A DNA stretch of 32,000 nucleotides, from positions 29,354-61,353 of the forward strand of contig JABCPO020000039.1 in NCBI GenBank assembly GCA_013333105.2, given 5' to 3'. This stretch comes from Clostridiales bacterium. GTDB taxonomy: Bacteria > Bacillota > Clostridia > TANB77 > CAG-508. The notes below the pieces were generated by a model, which saw only the letters and a program-made list of their open reading frames with translations, did not search any database and was not told the origin of the DNA. The translations under genes and the position numbers were made by a program. Below are positions 1-9,019 of the stretch, piece after piece. Numbering within the stretch: the stretch's first letter is position 1; every line of letters begins with the position of its first letter.

Positions 1-730
1 CTATTAATGTTTCCAATGTTCTTATATTTCTACCTTCTTTTCCAATTATTCTTCCCTTCATTTCATCGTTAGGTATTGGAACTATAGATACTGTAGATTC
101 TGATGTGTGATCTGTAGCACATCTTTGAATTGCTGTTGCTAATATTTCTTTAGCAATATTATTTTTTTCTTCATCTAACTCTTCTTTATATTTATTTAAG
201 ATTTCTGCTTTTTCATTTATTAAACATCTATCTAATTTATTTAAAAGTTCTTCTTTTGCTTCATCTTTAGTTAAATTTGAAATTTTCTCAAGTATTTTTA
301 TTTTTTCTTCTTCTAAATTTGATAATTCTCTTTCTCTTGATTCTATTTCTTTTAGTCTATCATCAATTCTTTTATATTCTTTTTCAATTTTTTCTTCTTT
401 TTTTAATATTTGTTCTTCTTTTTGGAAAATTCTATTTTCTTGAACTGATATTTCTGCTCTTCTTTCTTTGATTTCTTTATCTGCTTTTTCTTTTAAATCT
501 ATTTTTAATTGTTTTGCTTCTAATTCTGCATTTTTTATATATTCTTTTGCACTTTTTTCTGCATTTTTTATTAAATTTTCTGATTCTTTTTTCGCATCAC
601 CTAATAATTTTTCTTCTCTTTTTAATTGGAAGTGCATATATATTATGTATGCTATTGCTGATATAAATCCTAAAAGAAGTAATGTAATAACGGTTCTTAT
701 TTCTTCCGGCATTCCCATATGCATTGGCAT
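1..730 (-). CDS. rny: Ribonuclease Y, N-terminal ~243 codons; the gene runs off the window start
   Basis: Not in the ORF track because it is open-ended. My reverse-strand translation starts MPMHMGMPEEIRTVITLLLLGFISAIAYIIY (N-terminal TM helix). A long K/E-rich coiled coil follows, then the KH-domain signature GRIIGKEGRNIRTLE at the window edge. AAAGGAGGA lies 6-7 nt upstream of the ATG at 730. Confidence 0.85.
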   Translation of the reverse strand, partial: MPMHMGMPEEIRTVITLLLLGFISAIAYIIYMHFQLKREEKLLGDAKKESENLIKNAEKSAKEYIKNAELEAKQLKIDLKEKADKEIKERRAEISVQENRIFQKEEQILKKEEKIEKEYKRIDDRLKEIESRERELSNLEEEKIKILEKISNLTKDEAKEELLNKLDRCLINEKAEILNKYKEELDEEKNNIAKEILATAIQRCATDHTSESTVSIVPIPNDEMKGRIIGKEGRNIRTLETLI

Positions 731-781
731 TTTGGTTTCCTCCTTTTAATTTATATTTTATTTATTATTTATTTCATCCTT

Positions 782-799
782 TGTGAATATACTTTCACA
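782..799. promoter_or_regulatory. Perfect inverted repeat TGTGAA-N6-TTCACA in the divergent rny / ABC-exporter intergenic region; candidate operator
   Basis: Read directly: tgtgaa tatact ttcaca, about 50-70 nt upstream of the rny start codon. No regulator can be assigned from sequence. Confidence 0.25.
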
Positions 800-880
800 T
801 CTAAATAATATATCTTTTAAAAATAGTTGTCAATTACTTTACAAATTATTATTAATTATTAAGATTATTCTACTTTATTA

Positions 881-889
881 TGATATAAT
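881..889 (+). promoter_or_regulatory. Candidate extended -10 element (TGATATAAT) for the ABC exporter operon
   Basis: TGnTATAAT match about 77 nt upstream of the ATG at 966. The -35 region is weak (aagatt), which is tolerated with an extended -10. Confidence 0.35.
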
Positions 890-965
890 TTTTTTATAAT
901 TTTAAAATTAGAAATTATTAATTACTTTATTATATAAAAAAGATTGAAAGGACTCTTTATAAATT

Positions 966-2708
966 ATGAAAAAAATAAGTATTATTAAAGAACTATTAAA
1001 AACTAAATCAACATATTTAATTTTTATTTTAATATTAATTGGTATGGCTTCAGATTTACTTATACCAAAACTATTATCAAATATAATAGACAATGGTATT
1101 TTAAATAAAGATTTAAACACTATTTATTTGTCTAGTGCTACTATATTAGGATTAGCTTTATTATCTATAATTGTAAGTTTTTTTTCTATCATATTTAGCA
1201 TTAAGTTAAGTTTTAATATCTCTACAAATCTAGGAAATAAGACTTTTGAAAAAACATTATTTTTAAATTTTGAGAAATTAGAATCTTTAGCTACTGGTTC
1301 ATTACTTACTAGAATTACTAATGATACTTTTAAAGTTTCAAACGCAATTCTTAATGGATTAATAATAGCAATTAAATCTCCAATTATAATAATAGGTTCT
1401 TTTATTTTTATATTTAATATAAGTTCTAATCTTGGTATATTGTTATTACTTTCATTACCTATATTATTAATTTGTGTAAGTATTTTTGGAATCATTATAA
1501 GTCCAATCTTTGATAAGATGCAAAAGTCATTTGATAAATTAAATTTAATTCTTCGAGAAAATCTAAAAGGTATTAGAGTTATAAAAACATATACATTAGA
1601 AAATAATGAAAATAGTAAATTCAAAAAAACAAATACTCATTTAAAAACTAATGTTTTAAAAGGTGTTATATTTCTTAATTTGATTACTCCTATAATATCA
1701 ATATTTATTAATTTATTATTATTTTTAATATTATTAAAAGGAGGAGAACTTGTTTCATCTAATATATTAACAAAAGGAAATTTAATTGCAGTATTAAATT
1801 ATATTTTTCAAATAATTTATGGATTTTCTTTACTATCATTATTCTTCTTTTCTTTAATGCCTTCTTTAACATCTATTAAAAGAATTAAAGAAGTCTTAGA
1901 AATAAATGATGAATATTCATTAAACAATAATAATAAGAATTGTACTTCTGAATTTAAGAATTATGATATTGAATTTAAGAATGTTAATTTTTCTTATCCT
2001 GAAACTTCAAGTGCAGTTTCTAAAGTTTTAGAGAATATTTCTTTTTCTTTAAAAGAGGGTCAAAGTTTAGGTATATTAGGTCCTACTGGTTCTGGTAAAT
2101 CTACTTTAATAAAATTGCTTTCAAATTTCTTTTCAAATTATAGTGGAGAAATTTTAATTGGAAACAAAGAAATTAGAACATATAATCCAAATAAATTATT
2201 CGAAAAAATATGTATAGTTGAACAAAACACTAAACTAATAGAAGGAACTATAAAATCTAATCTTTTAATAGGAAACACTTCTGCTACCGAAGATGAAATT
2301 ATTAATGCTTTAAAAAATGCAGAAGCATATGACTTTATTTCAAAATACAAAGATGGTATTGATCATGAAGTTTTAGTAAATGGTAATAATTTTTCTGGTG
2401 GTCAAAAGCAAAGATTATCAATCGCTCGTGCTTTATTAAAAAAATCACCTATTATAGTATTTGATAATTCAACTTCTGCTCTTGATTACATAACAGAATC
2501 TAAAATACAAAATACTATAGATAATCTTTCAGAAAAAAAATTAACAAAAATTATAATTTCTCAAAGAGTTTCTAGTGTTAAAAACTGTGATAATATACTT
2601 ATTCTAAAAAATGGTAAAGTTGACTGTTATGGAAACCATGAATATGTATTAAACAATTCTGATTTCTATAAAACAATATATAATTCACAAGAAGGAGGAA
2701 AAGAATAA
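966..2708 (+). CDS. ABC exporter half-transporter (N-terminal 6-TM domain plus C-terminal NBD) with a degenerate catalytic site
   Basis: Walker A GPTGSGKST and signature FSGGQKQRLSIARA are present. Walker B reads IIVFDNSTSALD, with Asn at 2466-2468 where the catalytic Glu normally sits. The switch region reads IIISQRVSS, with Gln at 2562-2564 in place of His. The N-terminal half is hydrophobic. Confidence 0.85.
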   Translation: MKKISIIKELLKTKSTYLIFILILIGMASDLLIPKLLSNIIDNGILNKDLNTIYLSSATILGLALLSIIVSFFSIIFSIKLSFNISTNLGNKTFEKTLFLNFEKLESLATGSLLTRITNDTFKVSNAILNGLIIAIKSPIIIIGSFIFIFNISSNLGILLLLSLPILLICVSIFGIIISPIFDKMQKSFDKLNLILRENLKGIRVIKTYTLENNENSKFKKTNTHLKTNVLKGVIFLNLITPIISIFINLLLFLILLKGGELVSSNILTKGNLIAVLNYIFQIIYGFSLLSLFFFSLMPSLTSIKRIKEVLEINDEYSLNNNNKNCTSEFKNYDIEFKNVNFSYPETSSAVSKVLENISFSLKEGQSLGILGPTGSGKSTLIKLLSNFFSNYSGEILIGNKEIRTYNPNKLFEKICIVEQNTKLIEGTIKSNLLIGNTSATEDEIINALKNAEAYDFISKYKDGIDHEVLVNGNNFSGGQKQRLSIARALLKKSPIIVFDNSTSALDYITESKIQNTIDNLSEKKLTKIIISQRVSSVKNCDNILILKNGKVDCYGNHEYVLNNSDFYKTIYNSQEGGKE

Positions 2709-4580
2709 ATGGATAAAAAAACTATTAAAAATAATTTAAATTCTGAATATAGAAACTTATCTGTTTCTAAATCCTTTAAATCTATTTTTAATATTCTGCT
2801 TAAAATAATTTATTTATTGAAGGAATATAAATATCAATTTGCAATTGGATTTTCTTCTCTTGTTATAAGTTCAATTCTAGGTATTATATCAGTCCTATAT
2901 TTAAAAAATAGTATTGATACTCTTTCAAGTAATGGTATTAATAATATGAATACTTTTATTAATAATATAATATTATTATGCATTTATATAAGTTTATCCA
3001 TATTATTTAGCTTTATAGGATCTTCCATACTTGCTGTTGTATCTCAAAAATCAATATATAAATTAAGAAATAGATTATTTGAGCATACTCAAAATCTACC
3101 TATTAACTTTTTTGATAAACATAATGCAGGAAAGTTAATTTCTATTTATGTTAATGATGTTGAACTTTTAAGTACTGTTTTAGATCAAAGTATTCCAAAA
3201 ATATTAATCTCATTAATTCAAATTACTTTTACAGTAGTAATTTTATTATACTTAAATGTATTTTTAGGAATAATAACATCTATTTTGTTATTTGGATATT
3301 TAATATTTATAGCAACTTTAAGTTTAAAAGCAAAAAAATATACTACTCTTAGACAACATTATTTAGCAATAGTTAATGGATATGCAGAGCAAGGTTATTC
3401 TTCAATAGCAATGATTAGATCTTACGGATATTCTCAAAAATATCTAGATGAGTTCAAAGAAAAAATGGAGTATTTAAAATATTCTTCTGAAAAATCACAA
3501 TTATATACTAGTTTAATGTATCAATTTTCAAATATATTCTTTTATATTTTATTTGGTATTGTCGCATTAATTGGAGGAAACTTAGCATTTTTCGGATTTA
3601 TAACTATAGGTTCAATCGTATCATATATACAATTAGTAAGAAACTTATCTGATCCAATCCTTATAGCTTCAACTCAATTAAATACTCTTCTATCATCAAT
3701 ATCTGGTGCTGAATTTGTATTTAATATATTAAAAACTAATTCAGAAATAGATCAAACTGATAAACAACAAATTACTATAAAAATTGTAGATGGTATAAAA
3801 TATTGGAAAAATGGGAATAAATTAATAAAAGCTAATGGACATATTGAATTTAAGAATGTTAATTTTTCTTATTTAAATAATGATAAAAAAGAAACTAATC
3901 TGACTCTTAAAAACATATCTCTATATGCTAAACCTTCCCAAAAAATTTCTTTTGTAGGGTCTACAGGAGCTGGAAAAACTACTATTGCAAATTTAGTTAA
4001 CAGATTTTATGAAATTAATAATGGAGATATCTTAATAGATGGAATAAATATAAAGGAAATTAATAAGAATTCTTTAAGAAGTCAAATAACAACTGTTCTG
4101 CAAGAAAGTATACTATTTTCAGGAAGTATCGCTGATAATATTAGATATGGTAATTTATTAGCTACTGATGAAGAAGTTAAAAATGCAGCAATTTTAAGTA
4201 ATGCAGATGAATTTATACAAAAATTGCCTGACAAATATTACACAATAATTAATCCAGATGATTTAGCTTTATCTCAAGGAGAAATCCAATTGCTATCTAT
4301 TGCAAGAGCAGCTGTTTCTAAACCTTTAATATTAATATTAGATGAAGCAACATCTTCAATCGATTCTCAAACGGAAAAATTAATTCAAGATGGTATAGAT
4401 AAATTAATGAATGAATGTACAACTTTAGTTATCGCTCATCGTTTATCAACAATAAAAAATTCTAATGCAATACTTGTGTTAGAAAATGGTAATATAATAG
4501 AACGAGGAGATCATGATAATTTATTATCTCAAAAAGGATTATATTATGATTTACATACAGGTAAAAACGCTATATCTTAG
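2709..4580 (+). CDS. ABC exporter half-transporter, partner subunit with canonical catalytic residues but a degenerate signature motif
   Basis: The ATG directly abuts the upstream TAA, with GGAGGA 12 nt upstream, which suggests translational coupling. Walker A GSTGAGKTT, Walker B ILILDEATSSID and switch VIAHRLST are canonical. The signature reads LSQGEIQ instead of LSGGQ. Confidence 0.85.
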   Translation: MDKKTIKNNLNSEYRNLSVSKSFKSIFNILLKIIYLLKEYKYQFAIGFSSLVISSILGIISVLYLKNSIDTLSSNGINNMNTFINNIILLCIYISLSILFSFIGSSILAVVSQKSIYKLRNRLFEHTQNLPINFFDKHNAGKLISIYVNDVELLSTVLDQSIPKILISLIQITFTVVILLYLNVFLGIITSILLFGYLIFIATLSLKAKKYTTLRQHYLAIVNGYAEQGYSSIAMIRSYGYSQKYLDEFKEKMEYLKYSSEKSQLYTSLMYQFSNIFFYILFGIVALIGGNLAFFGFITIGSIVSYIQLVRNLSDPILIASTQLNTLLSSISGAEFVFNILKTNSEIDQTDKQQITIKIVDGIKYWKNGNKLIKANGHIEFKNVNFSYLNNDKKETNLTLKNISLYAKPSQKISFVGSTGAGKTTIANLVNRFYEINNGDILIDGINIKEINKNSLRSQITTVLQESILFSGSIADNIRYGNLLATDEEVKNAAILSNADEFIQKLPDKYYTIINPDDLALSQGEIQLLSIARAAVSKPLILILDEATSSIDSQTEKLIQDGIDKLMNECTTLVIAHRLSTIKNSNAILVLENGNIIERGDHDNLLSQKGLYYDLHTGKNAIS

Positions 4581-4627
4581 CTTTTTTACTCTATAATTTA
4601 ATATTTAATATAATATTACTTAAAAAT

Positions 4628-4672
4628 AAAAGCTATAAAAATAGAAAACAAATTCTACTTTTATAGCTTTTT
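4628..4672. terminator. Bidirectional rho-independent terminator between the convergent ABC and PLP operons
   Basis: Arms aaaagctataaaa (4628-4640) and ttttatagctttt (4659-4671) pair, with inner tagaa/ttcta pairing. An A-run lies on the left and a T-run on the right, giving a U-tail on either strand. Confidence 0.6.
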
Positions 4673-4691
4673 ATCATCTTTATTTTAATTT

Positions 4692-6071
4692 TTATAAAAT
4701 TATTTTTTTTAATACATCAATAAAAATATCTATTTCATTAATATTATTATAAATTCCTAAAGAAACTCTTAAATTATTTTTTTTGATATTCATACAATCA
4801 TTACTTTCTCTTACAATTATATCATTATCAGAAAGTATCTCTCCAATATCACTTGAATCATATCCTTTTACATTAAACGAAATTATTCCATAATTCATTT
4901 TACACCCTAACAATTCCATTCCTTTATCAAATTCTATAATTTTTTCATTATTCATATCATTAATTTCTTTTAATTTTCTATATAAATAATTTGTAATATA
5001 AAAAATATATTTACTAATATCATCTATTTTTAATTCTTTAATATACTCAATCGTTTCTCCCAGTGCAAGAATTGCTCCTATATTAAGACTTCCTGCACTT
5101 TTATCTGTATACTTTATAATATTACTTATTTTATTTGATATATACATAATTCCTATTCCATCTACTGAATACATTTTATGTGCAGAAAATATAACTACAT
5201 CAATATCAGCTATATTCATAAACGATTTGCTGTGTTTAAATTGTTGTGTACAATCAATTATAGTAATAAAATTTTCATCTATTTCTTTTGCATTTTGAGT
5301 TATTACTTCTATATCTGATAATGCTCCGGTTATAGAATTTATTGATGTTAAAATACAAATATTTATTACTGTATCATTATTTTGTTTTGCTAATTCTGTT
5401 ATATATTTTATATCACTTAATCTTTCATTTACAGTACTTATACTATATATTCCAGATAAATCTAAATCAATATTATGTATATTTATCTTTATTAAGCTAC
5501 TATATAATTCACTTATATTTTGTTTGATATTAATAAATTTTGATACAGTAGATTTGTGATCTTCATCTGAACACATTATATTAACTATAACTTTATTGCT
5601 TTTTGATTCATTATATTGTTTTAATTCTTCTTTTTCTTTAGCTTTATCTATAATATATTTTTTTATATTTTCATACACTATTTCTAAAGATGAAGTGGAA
5701 CCTTGTGTAAATTCTATTTTTCCATATTTCCTTAATTCTTCATCTTCTTTATTTTCATCTATCATTCGAAGAATTTCATCCTTTACATAATTAACTCTTT
5801 GTTCATTTTTTAATTCCAATTTATTTCTACTTCTGTAAATATTCGAATTATATTTTTCAATATACTCTACATATTTGCTTAAAGCTCTTTTATTAACTTG
5901 CGTTGTAGATGCATTGTCAAAATATATCAATTCTTTATTATTAATTATAAATTTAAAATCTTCTCTTACATTATTAAATTTATTTTCTAAATATTTTATT
6001 TCTTCATTTTCTAAATTAAAAACTTTACCATTATCAAACTCTAATGGTAAAAATACTTTTTTATCACTCAT
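4692..6071 (-). CDS. Class V aminotransferase-fold PLP enzyme, SufS/CsdA-like cysteine desulfurase family
   Basis: FDNASTTQ lies near the N-terminus. The PLP-lysine context is SAHKMYSVDGIGIMY. The C-terminal VRESNDCMN...LRVSLGIYNNINEID aligns by eye with the SufS VRTGHHCA...RASL..YN block, and the active-site Cys is retained. AAGGAAA RBS. Confidence 0.7.
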   Translation of the reverse strand: MSDKKVFLPLEFDNGKVFNLENEEIKYLENKFNNVREDFKFIINNKELIYFDNASTTQVNKRALSKYVEYIEKYNSNIYRSRNKLELKNEQRVNYVKDEILRMIDENKEDEELRKYGKIEFTQGSTSSLEIVYENIKKYIIDKAKEKEELKQYNESKSNKVIVNIMCSDEDHKSTVSKFINIKQNISELYSSLIKINIHNIDLDLSGIYSISTVNERLSDIKYITELAKQNNDTVINICILTSINSITGALSDIEVITQNAKEIDENFITIIDCTQQFKHSKSFMNIADIDVVIFSAHKMYSVDGIGIMYISNKISNIIKYTDKSAGSLNIGAILALGETIEYIKELKIDDISKYIFYITNYLYRKLKEINDMNNEKIIEFDKGMELLGCKMNYGIISFNVKGYDSSDIGEILSDNDIIVRESNDCMNIKKNNLRVSLGIYNNINEIDIFIDVLKKIIL

Positions 6072-6121
6072 ATATTTCCTTAATATTAATATTATATTTA
6101 TGCATTTATTTTATTTAACTT

Positions 6122-7498
6122 TTATCTTAACTTTTTTATTTTTCTAAAAAGTGAATAGCCATCTAATTTATATTGAACTAATCCACCTTTTAAAGAATAT
6201 ACATTCATACCTTTTCTGTTTAAATATTCTGCATATATTTTAGATTTTTCTCCATTTGCACATACTAGAAGTACTTTATTTTCTTTTGAAAATGGTAATC
6301 CGTTATCCAACATATTTTTAAATATATAGTCTGTAATATTTATACTTCCCTTTAGATAAAAAGTTGAATACGCCATGTTTCCTCTTAAATCTATTATTAT
6401 ATATCCCTCTTTATTTTCATTTTCTATTATCTCATTTACTTCCTTAGTTTCTAACTCTTTTACATGTTCAAAACTTTCTTGATTTAAACGAATCTTATTT
6501 TCAAAATTATCAATTGTATCAAGGTTTGGATTAGATTGATATATTTCAGGTCTTCTCTTTTTTATATATGACATATATGGTTCAATTCTATCACAAGCTA
6601 TAAATACTGCTATTTTTTCTTGTCCTTCTATTAAATTCAATTCATTTAATTTTTCATCTTCTTTTTTTAGGTATTCCAATGCTCCTGATAAACTTGCTCC
6701 ACTTGTTGGTCCTGCTAATATTCCTATTTTTCTATTTAAATCTAACATTGAATCAATAGCATTTTGTTCTGAAACTTCTACTATATCATCATATAAATTT
6801 TTATTAAATATTCCTACCTCTAACATTTCATCAATATTTCTAATTCCAGGCAATAATTGTCCTTTTGCTCCAATTATTCCAATTTTCTTCATTTTACTAT
6901 TTTTTGATATTAAATATTCTATTGTACCTCTAGATGATCCTGTTGTTCCTAGTGATCCAAAGAAATAATCAACATTCCCTAAATCATTATATATTTCAGG
7001 CCCTGTTGTTTCAAAATGTATCTTAGGATTATTTAAATTTTCATATTGATTTGGATAAAAATACTTTTCATCACTAGATGCAATTTTTCTTTTGATATAA
7101 TTTATAGGATCATCTTGATTGATTGGATCTGGGCATTCTGATTCCCCAGGCAATTCCTCTATTTCTGCCCCTAATGTTTTTAAAATATCTTTAGTTTCTG
7201 GTATTTTTATTCTATTTGTTACTGTTTCAAATTTATACCCATTTATACTTCCAATAACAGTTAATGCTTTAGCAGTATTTCCAGAAGATGCCTCTATAAT
7301 TTTATTAACACCTTCTGTTTTTAGCTCTTCCTCCTTAGCTTTAAACATCGCCAAAGCTGCTCTATCTTTTAATGATCCAAATGGATTATATAGCTCACAT
7401 TTTGCATATACTTTTATATTCTTTAATCCAGTTACATTATTTGATATCTCAATAACTGGAGTATTTCCTATCATCTCTATTACACTTTTATATTTCAT
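6122..7498 (-). CDS. CysK/CBS/SbnA-family (fold type II) PLP beta-replacement enzyme fused to a C-terminal rhodanese domain
   Basis: IGNTPVIEI...ELYNPFGSLKDRAA carries the PLP Lys codon at 7367-7369. SSGNTAKAL and GTTGSSRGT glycine loops are present. The C-terminal ~110 aa contain IIIDLRG...VLLVCANGEKS, a rhodanese CxxGxxS active-site loop with the Cys codon at 6260-6262. Confidence 0.75.
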   Translation of the reverse strand: MKYKSVIEMIGNTPVIEISNNVTGLKNIKVYAKCELYNPFGSLKDRAALAMFKAKEEELKTEGVNKIIEASSGNTAKALTVIGSINGYKFETVTNRIKIPETKDILKTLGAEIEELPGESECPDPINQDDPINYIKRKIASSDEKYFYPNQYENLNNPKIHFETTGPEIYNDLGNVDYFFGSLGTTGSSRGTIEYLISKNSKMKKIGIIGAKGQLLPGIRNIDEMLEVGIFNKNLYDDIVEVSEQNAIDSMLDLNRKIGILAGPTSGASLSGALEYLKKEDEKLNELNLIEGQEKIAVFIACDRIEPYMSYIKKRRPEIYQSNPNLDTIDNFENKIRLNQESFEHVKELETKEVNEIIENENKEGYIIIDLRGNMAYSTFYLKGSINITDYIFKNMLDNGLPFSKENKVLLVCANGEKSKIYAEYLNRKGMNVYSLKGGLVQYKLDGYSLFRKIKKLR

Positions 7499-7516
7499 TT
7501 TATTAATTCCTTTTTA

Positions 7517-8947
7517 TTATCTATACTTTTCATCTAGATAAATTTTACCATTTTCCCAAACTATAATTTTTGCAATATTTTGTCTTGCTGTATCTGTTCT
7601 TCTAAAATCCATATAATATCCTGAAGTATTTGGGATTAATATTATATCTCCTGCTTTAATTTTTTTATCTAAATATATTTTATGTCTATATATAAAATCT
7701 GTTTCCATACATAGATTTCCAGACATATATACACCGTCTTTTGAATTATCTCTCTCATTTTCATTACTTTCATCATAAAAATGAAGTGGATCTATAAATT
7801 TATCTTCTGATCCCATAGAAACATCTGATTTCTTCATATCCAATCCAATTAAAATATTATTATCTGCCAAAGTTTTTACATAATTCACTTTAGAAAAAGT
7901 ATGTCCAGCTCCTTTTAATAAAGCTGCTCCCGGTTCTATATATAGAGTAATCATATTATCATTTAATATTTCATATATTTTTCTTCCCTCAAATGATTCT
8001 AATCTTGCTGTCAATATTTCCTCTAAACTATCTGCACCATCTTTTTCAGGATTAAAATCTGAAATTCTAACATTCCCTTTTAGAGTATTATTTTCTACTA
8101 ATACTCCATAATTTTCATTATTGTATCTAATATTAGGTATTTCGCCTAATAAACTTTTTTTAATATTACTAATACTTTTACTCCATTTTTCATTATCTGA
8201 TATAAGTTTTGATTTGTATCCTCCTCCTAAATCAATAACTTCTGGATCAAGCTCGTATTCATATGCAATAGAAAATACTTCTAATATATTTTCTATTGCT
8301 ATTATTTTTTCTTGAATTGAAACTGTGTCTAAATGGAAAGAAAACCCTTTTAACTTTATATTATTTTTTAACTCCTTAGATGCTAACATTTTCAGAGTTT
8401 TTTCTATGTCTTTTAAAGGAATTCCAAACTTTGAATTCTTATTAATTATATTTTGAGTTTTAGATTTAAAATCATTCAATCTCAATAATATATTAACTTT
8501 AGAAATATTAAATTTGTTTTTAATTTTAATAATTTGATCTAACTCTTCTTCATTATCTACATTAATTAATACTCCATGTCTTATAGCTAGCTCTAAAAAT
8601 TCTTCATTTTTAGGACCAGTAGCTTCCATCATATTCCCAGTAAATCCTTTTTTTAATCCTACTTCTAATTCTCCAACTGAAGCTACATCAAGATTAATAT
8701 TTTCTAATAAGGCTCTTCTTACAAATGCTTCTGATTTTGTTGATTTTTCTGCTAAAAATATTTTATTTTGTATTTTATATTTTTTAAAAACCTCTTTAAA
8801 CTTTTCAATATTCTCTGCCATCACATCTGTATTTACTATATTTATTGGTCCAGAAAATGCTGAAAGTAGATCATTTAATTTTTCATATTTTAAAAATTCA
8901 TTCCACTTTTCATTTATTGCTCCTGGAAATTCTAGATATTTTTCCAT
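7517..8947 (-). CDS. Fold type III PLP enzyme of the Orn/DAP/Arg decarboxylase family
   Basis: FLAEKSTKSEAF corresponds to the YAVKAN PLP-Lys motif. Other family blocks: DVASVGELEVGLKKG, FSFHLDT, IDLGGGY, EPGAALL and SGNLCMETDFI, the C-terminal beta-barrel Cys motif. Confidence 0.7.
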   Translation of the reverse strand: MEKYLEFPGAINEKWNEFLKYEKLNDLLSAFSGPINIVNTDVMAENIEKFKEVFKKYKIQNKIFLAEKSTKSEAFVRRALLENINLDVASVGELEVGLKKGFTGNMMEATGPKNEEFLELAIRHGVLINVDNEEELDQIIKIKNKFNISKVNILLRLNDFKSKTQNIINKNSKFGIPLKDIEKTLKMLASKELKNNIKLKGFSFHLDTVSIQEKIIAIENILEVFSIAYEYELDPEVIDLGGGYKSKLISDNEKWSKSISNIKKSLLGEIPNIRYNNENYGVLVENNTLKGNVRISDFNPEKDGADSLEEILTARLESFEGRKIYEILNDNMITLYIEPGAALLKGAGHTFSKVNYVKTLADNNILIGLDMKKSDVSMGSEDKFIDPLHFYDESNENERDNSKDGVYMSGNLCMETDFIYRHKIYLDKKIKAGDIILIPNTSGYYMDFRRTDTARQNIAKIIVWENGKIYLDEKYR

Positions 8948-9019
8948 TTTATCCCCATTCTACATTTTATTTGTGTATAATCTATTCTTCTTTATTATAT
9001 CTTTTACAATATTTTATTT

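Noticed and set aside
277-749. Plus-strand ORFs of 64 and 93 aa (277-471, 468-749)
   Set aside because: They are F/L/I/S-rich antisense shadows of the RNase Y coding sequence, which translates cleanly on the minus strand with TM, coiled-coil and KH features. Neither has an RBS.
782-799. Calling the palindrome a Rex or CRP/FNR box
   Set aside because: The half-sites match, but the spacer is 6 nt between the TGTGAA and TTCACA halves, not the 4 nt of the Rex/CRP arrangement I know. It is kept only as an unassigned operator candidate.
1124-1624. Minus-strand 166-aa ORF, plus smaller ones at 908-1120 and 2138-2350, inside the ABC exporter gene
   Set aside because: They are antisense to a gene with unambiguous ABC motifs. 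They have low-complexity composition and no RBS, which is the usual long-ORF noise in AT-rich DNA.
7119-7541. Plus-strand ORFs opposite minus-strand genes: 7119-7541, 5342-5527, 5596-5790, 5875-6147, 8121-8315, 8845-9045, 9079-9282, 11141-11365, 13576-13800, 14018-14338, 15334-15672, 16084-16458, 16262-16447, 16606-17163, 18891-19199, 19248-19511, 20831-21058, 22124-22387, 22769-22996, 24750-24947, 25354-25539, 25800-26015, 28206-28595, 30693-30968
   Set aside because: All lie antisense to genes with strong family motifs. They are dominated by F/L/I/S/Y codons, the complement of K/E/N/I-rich genes, and lack Shine-Dalgarno sequences. I see no evidence of overlapping genes.
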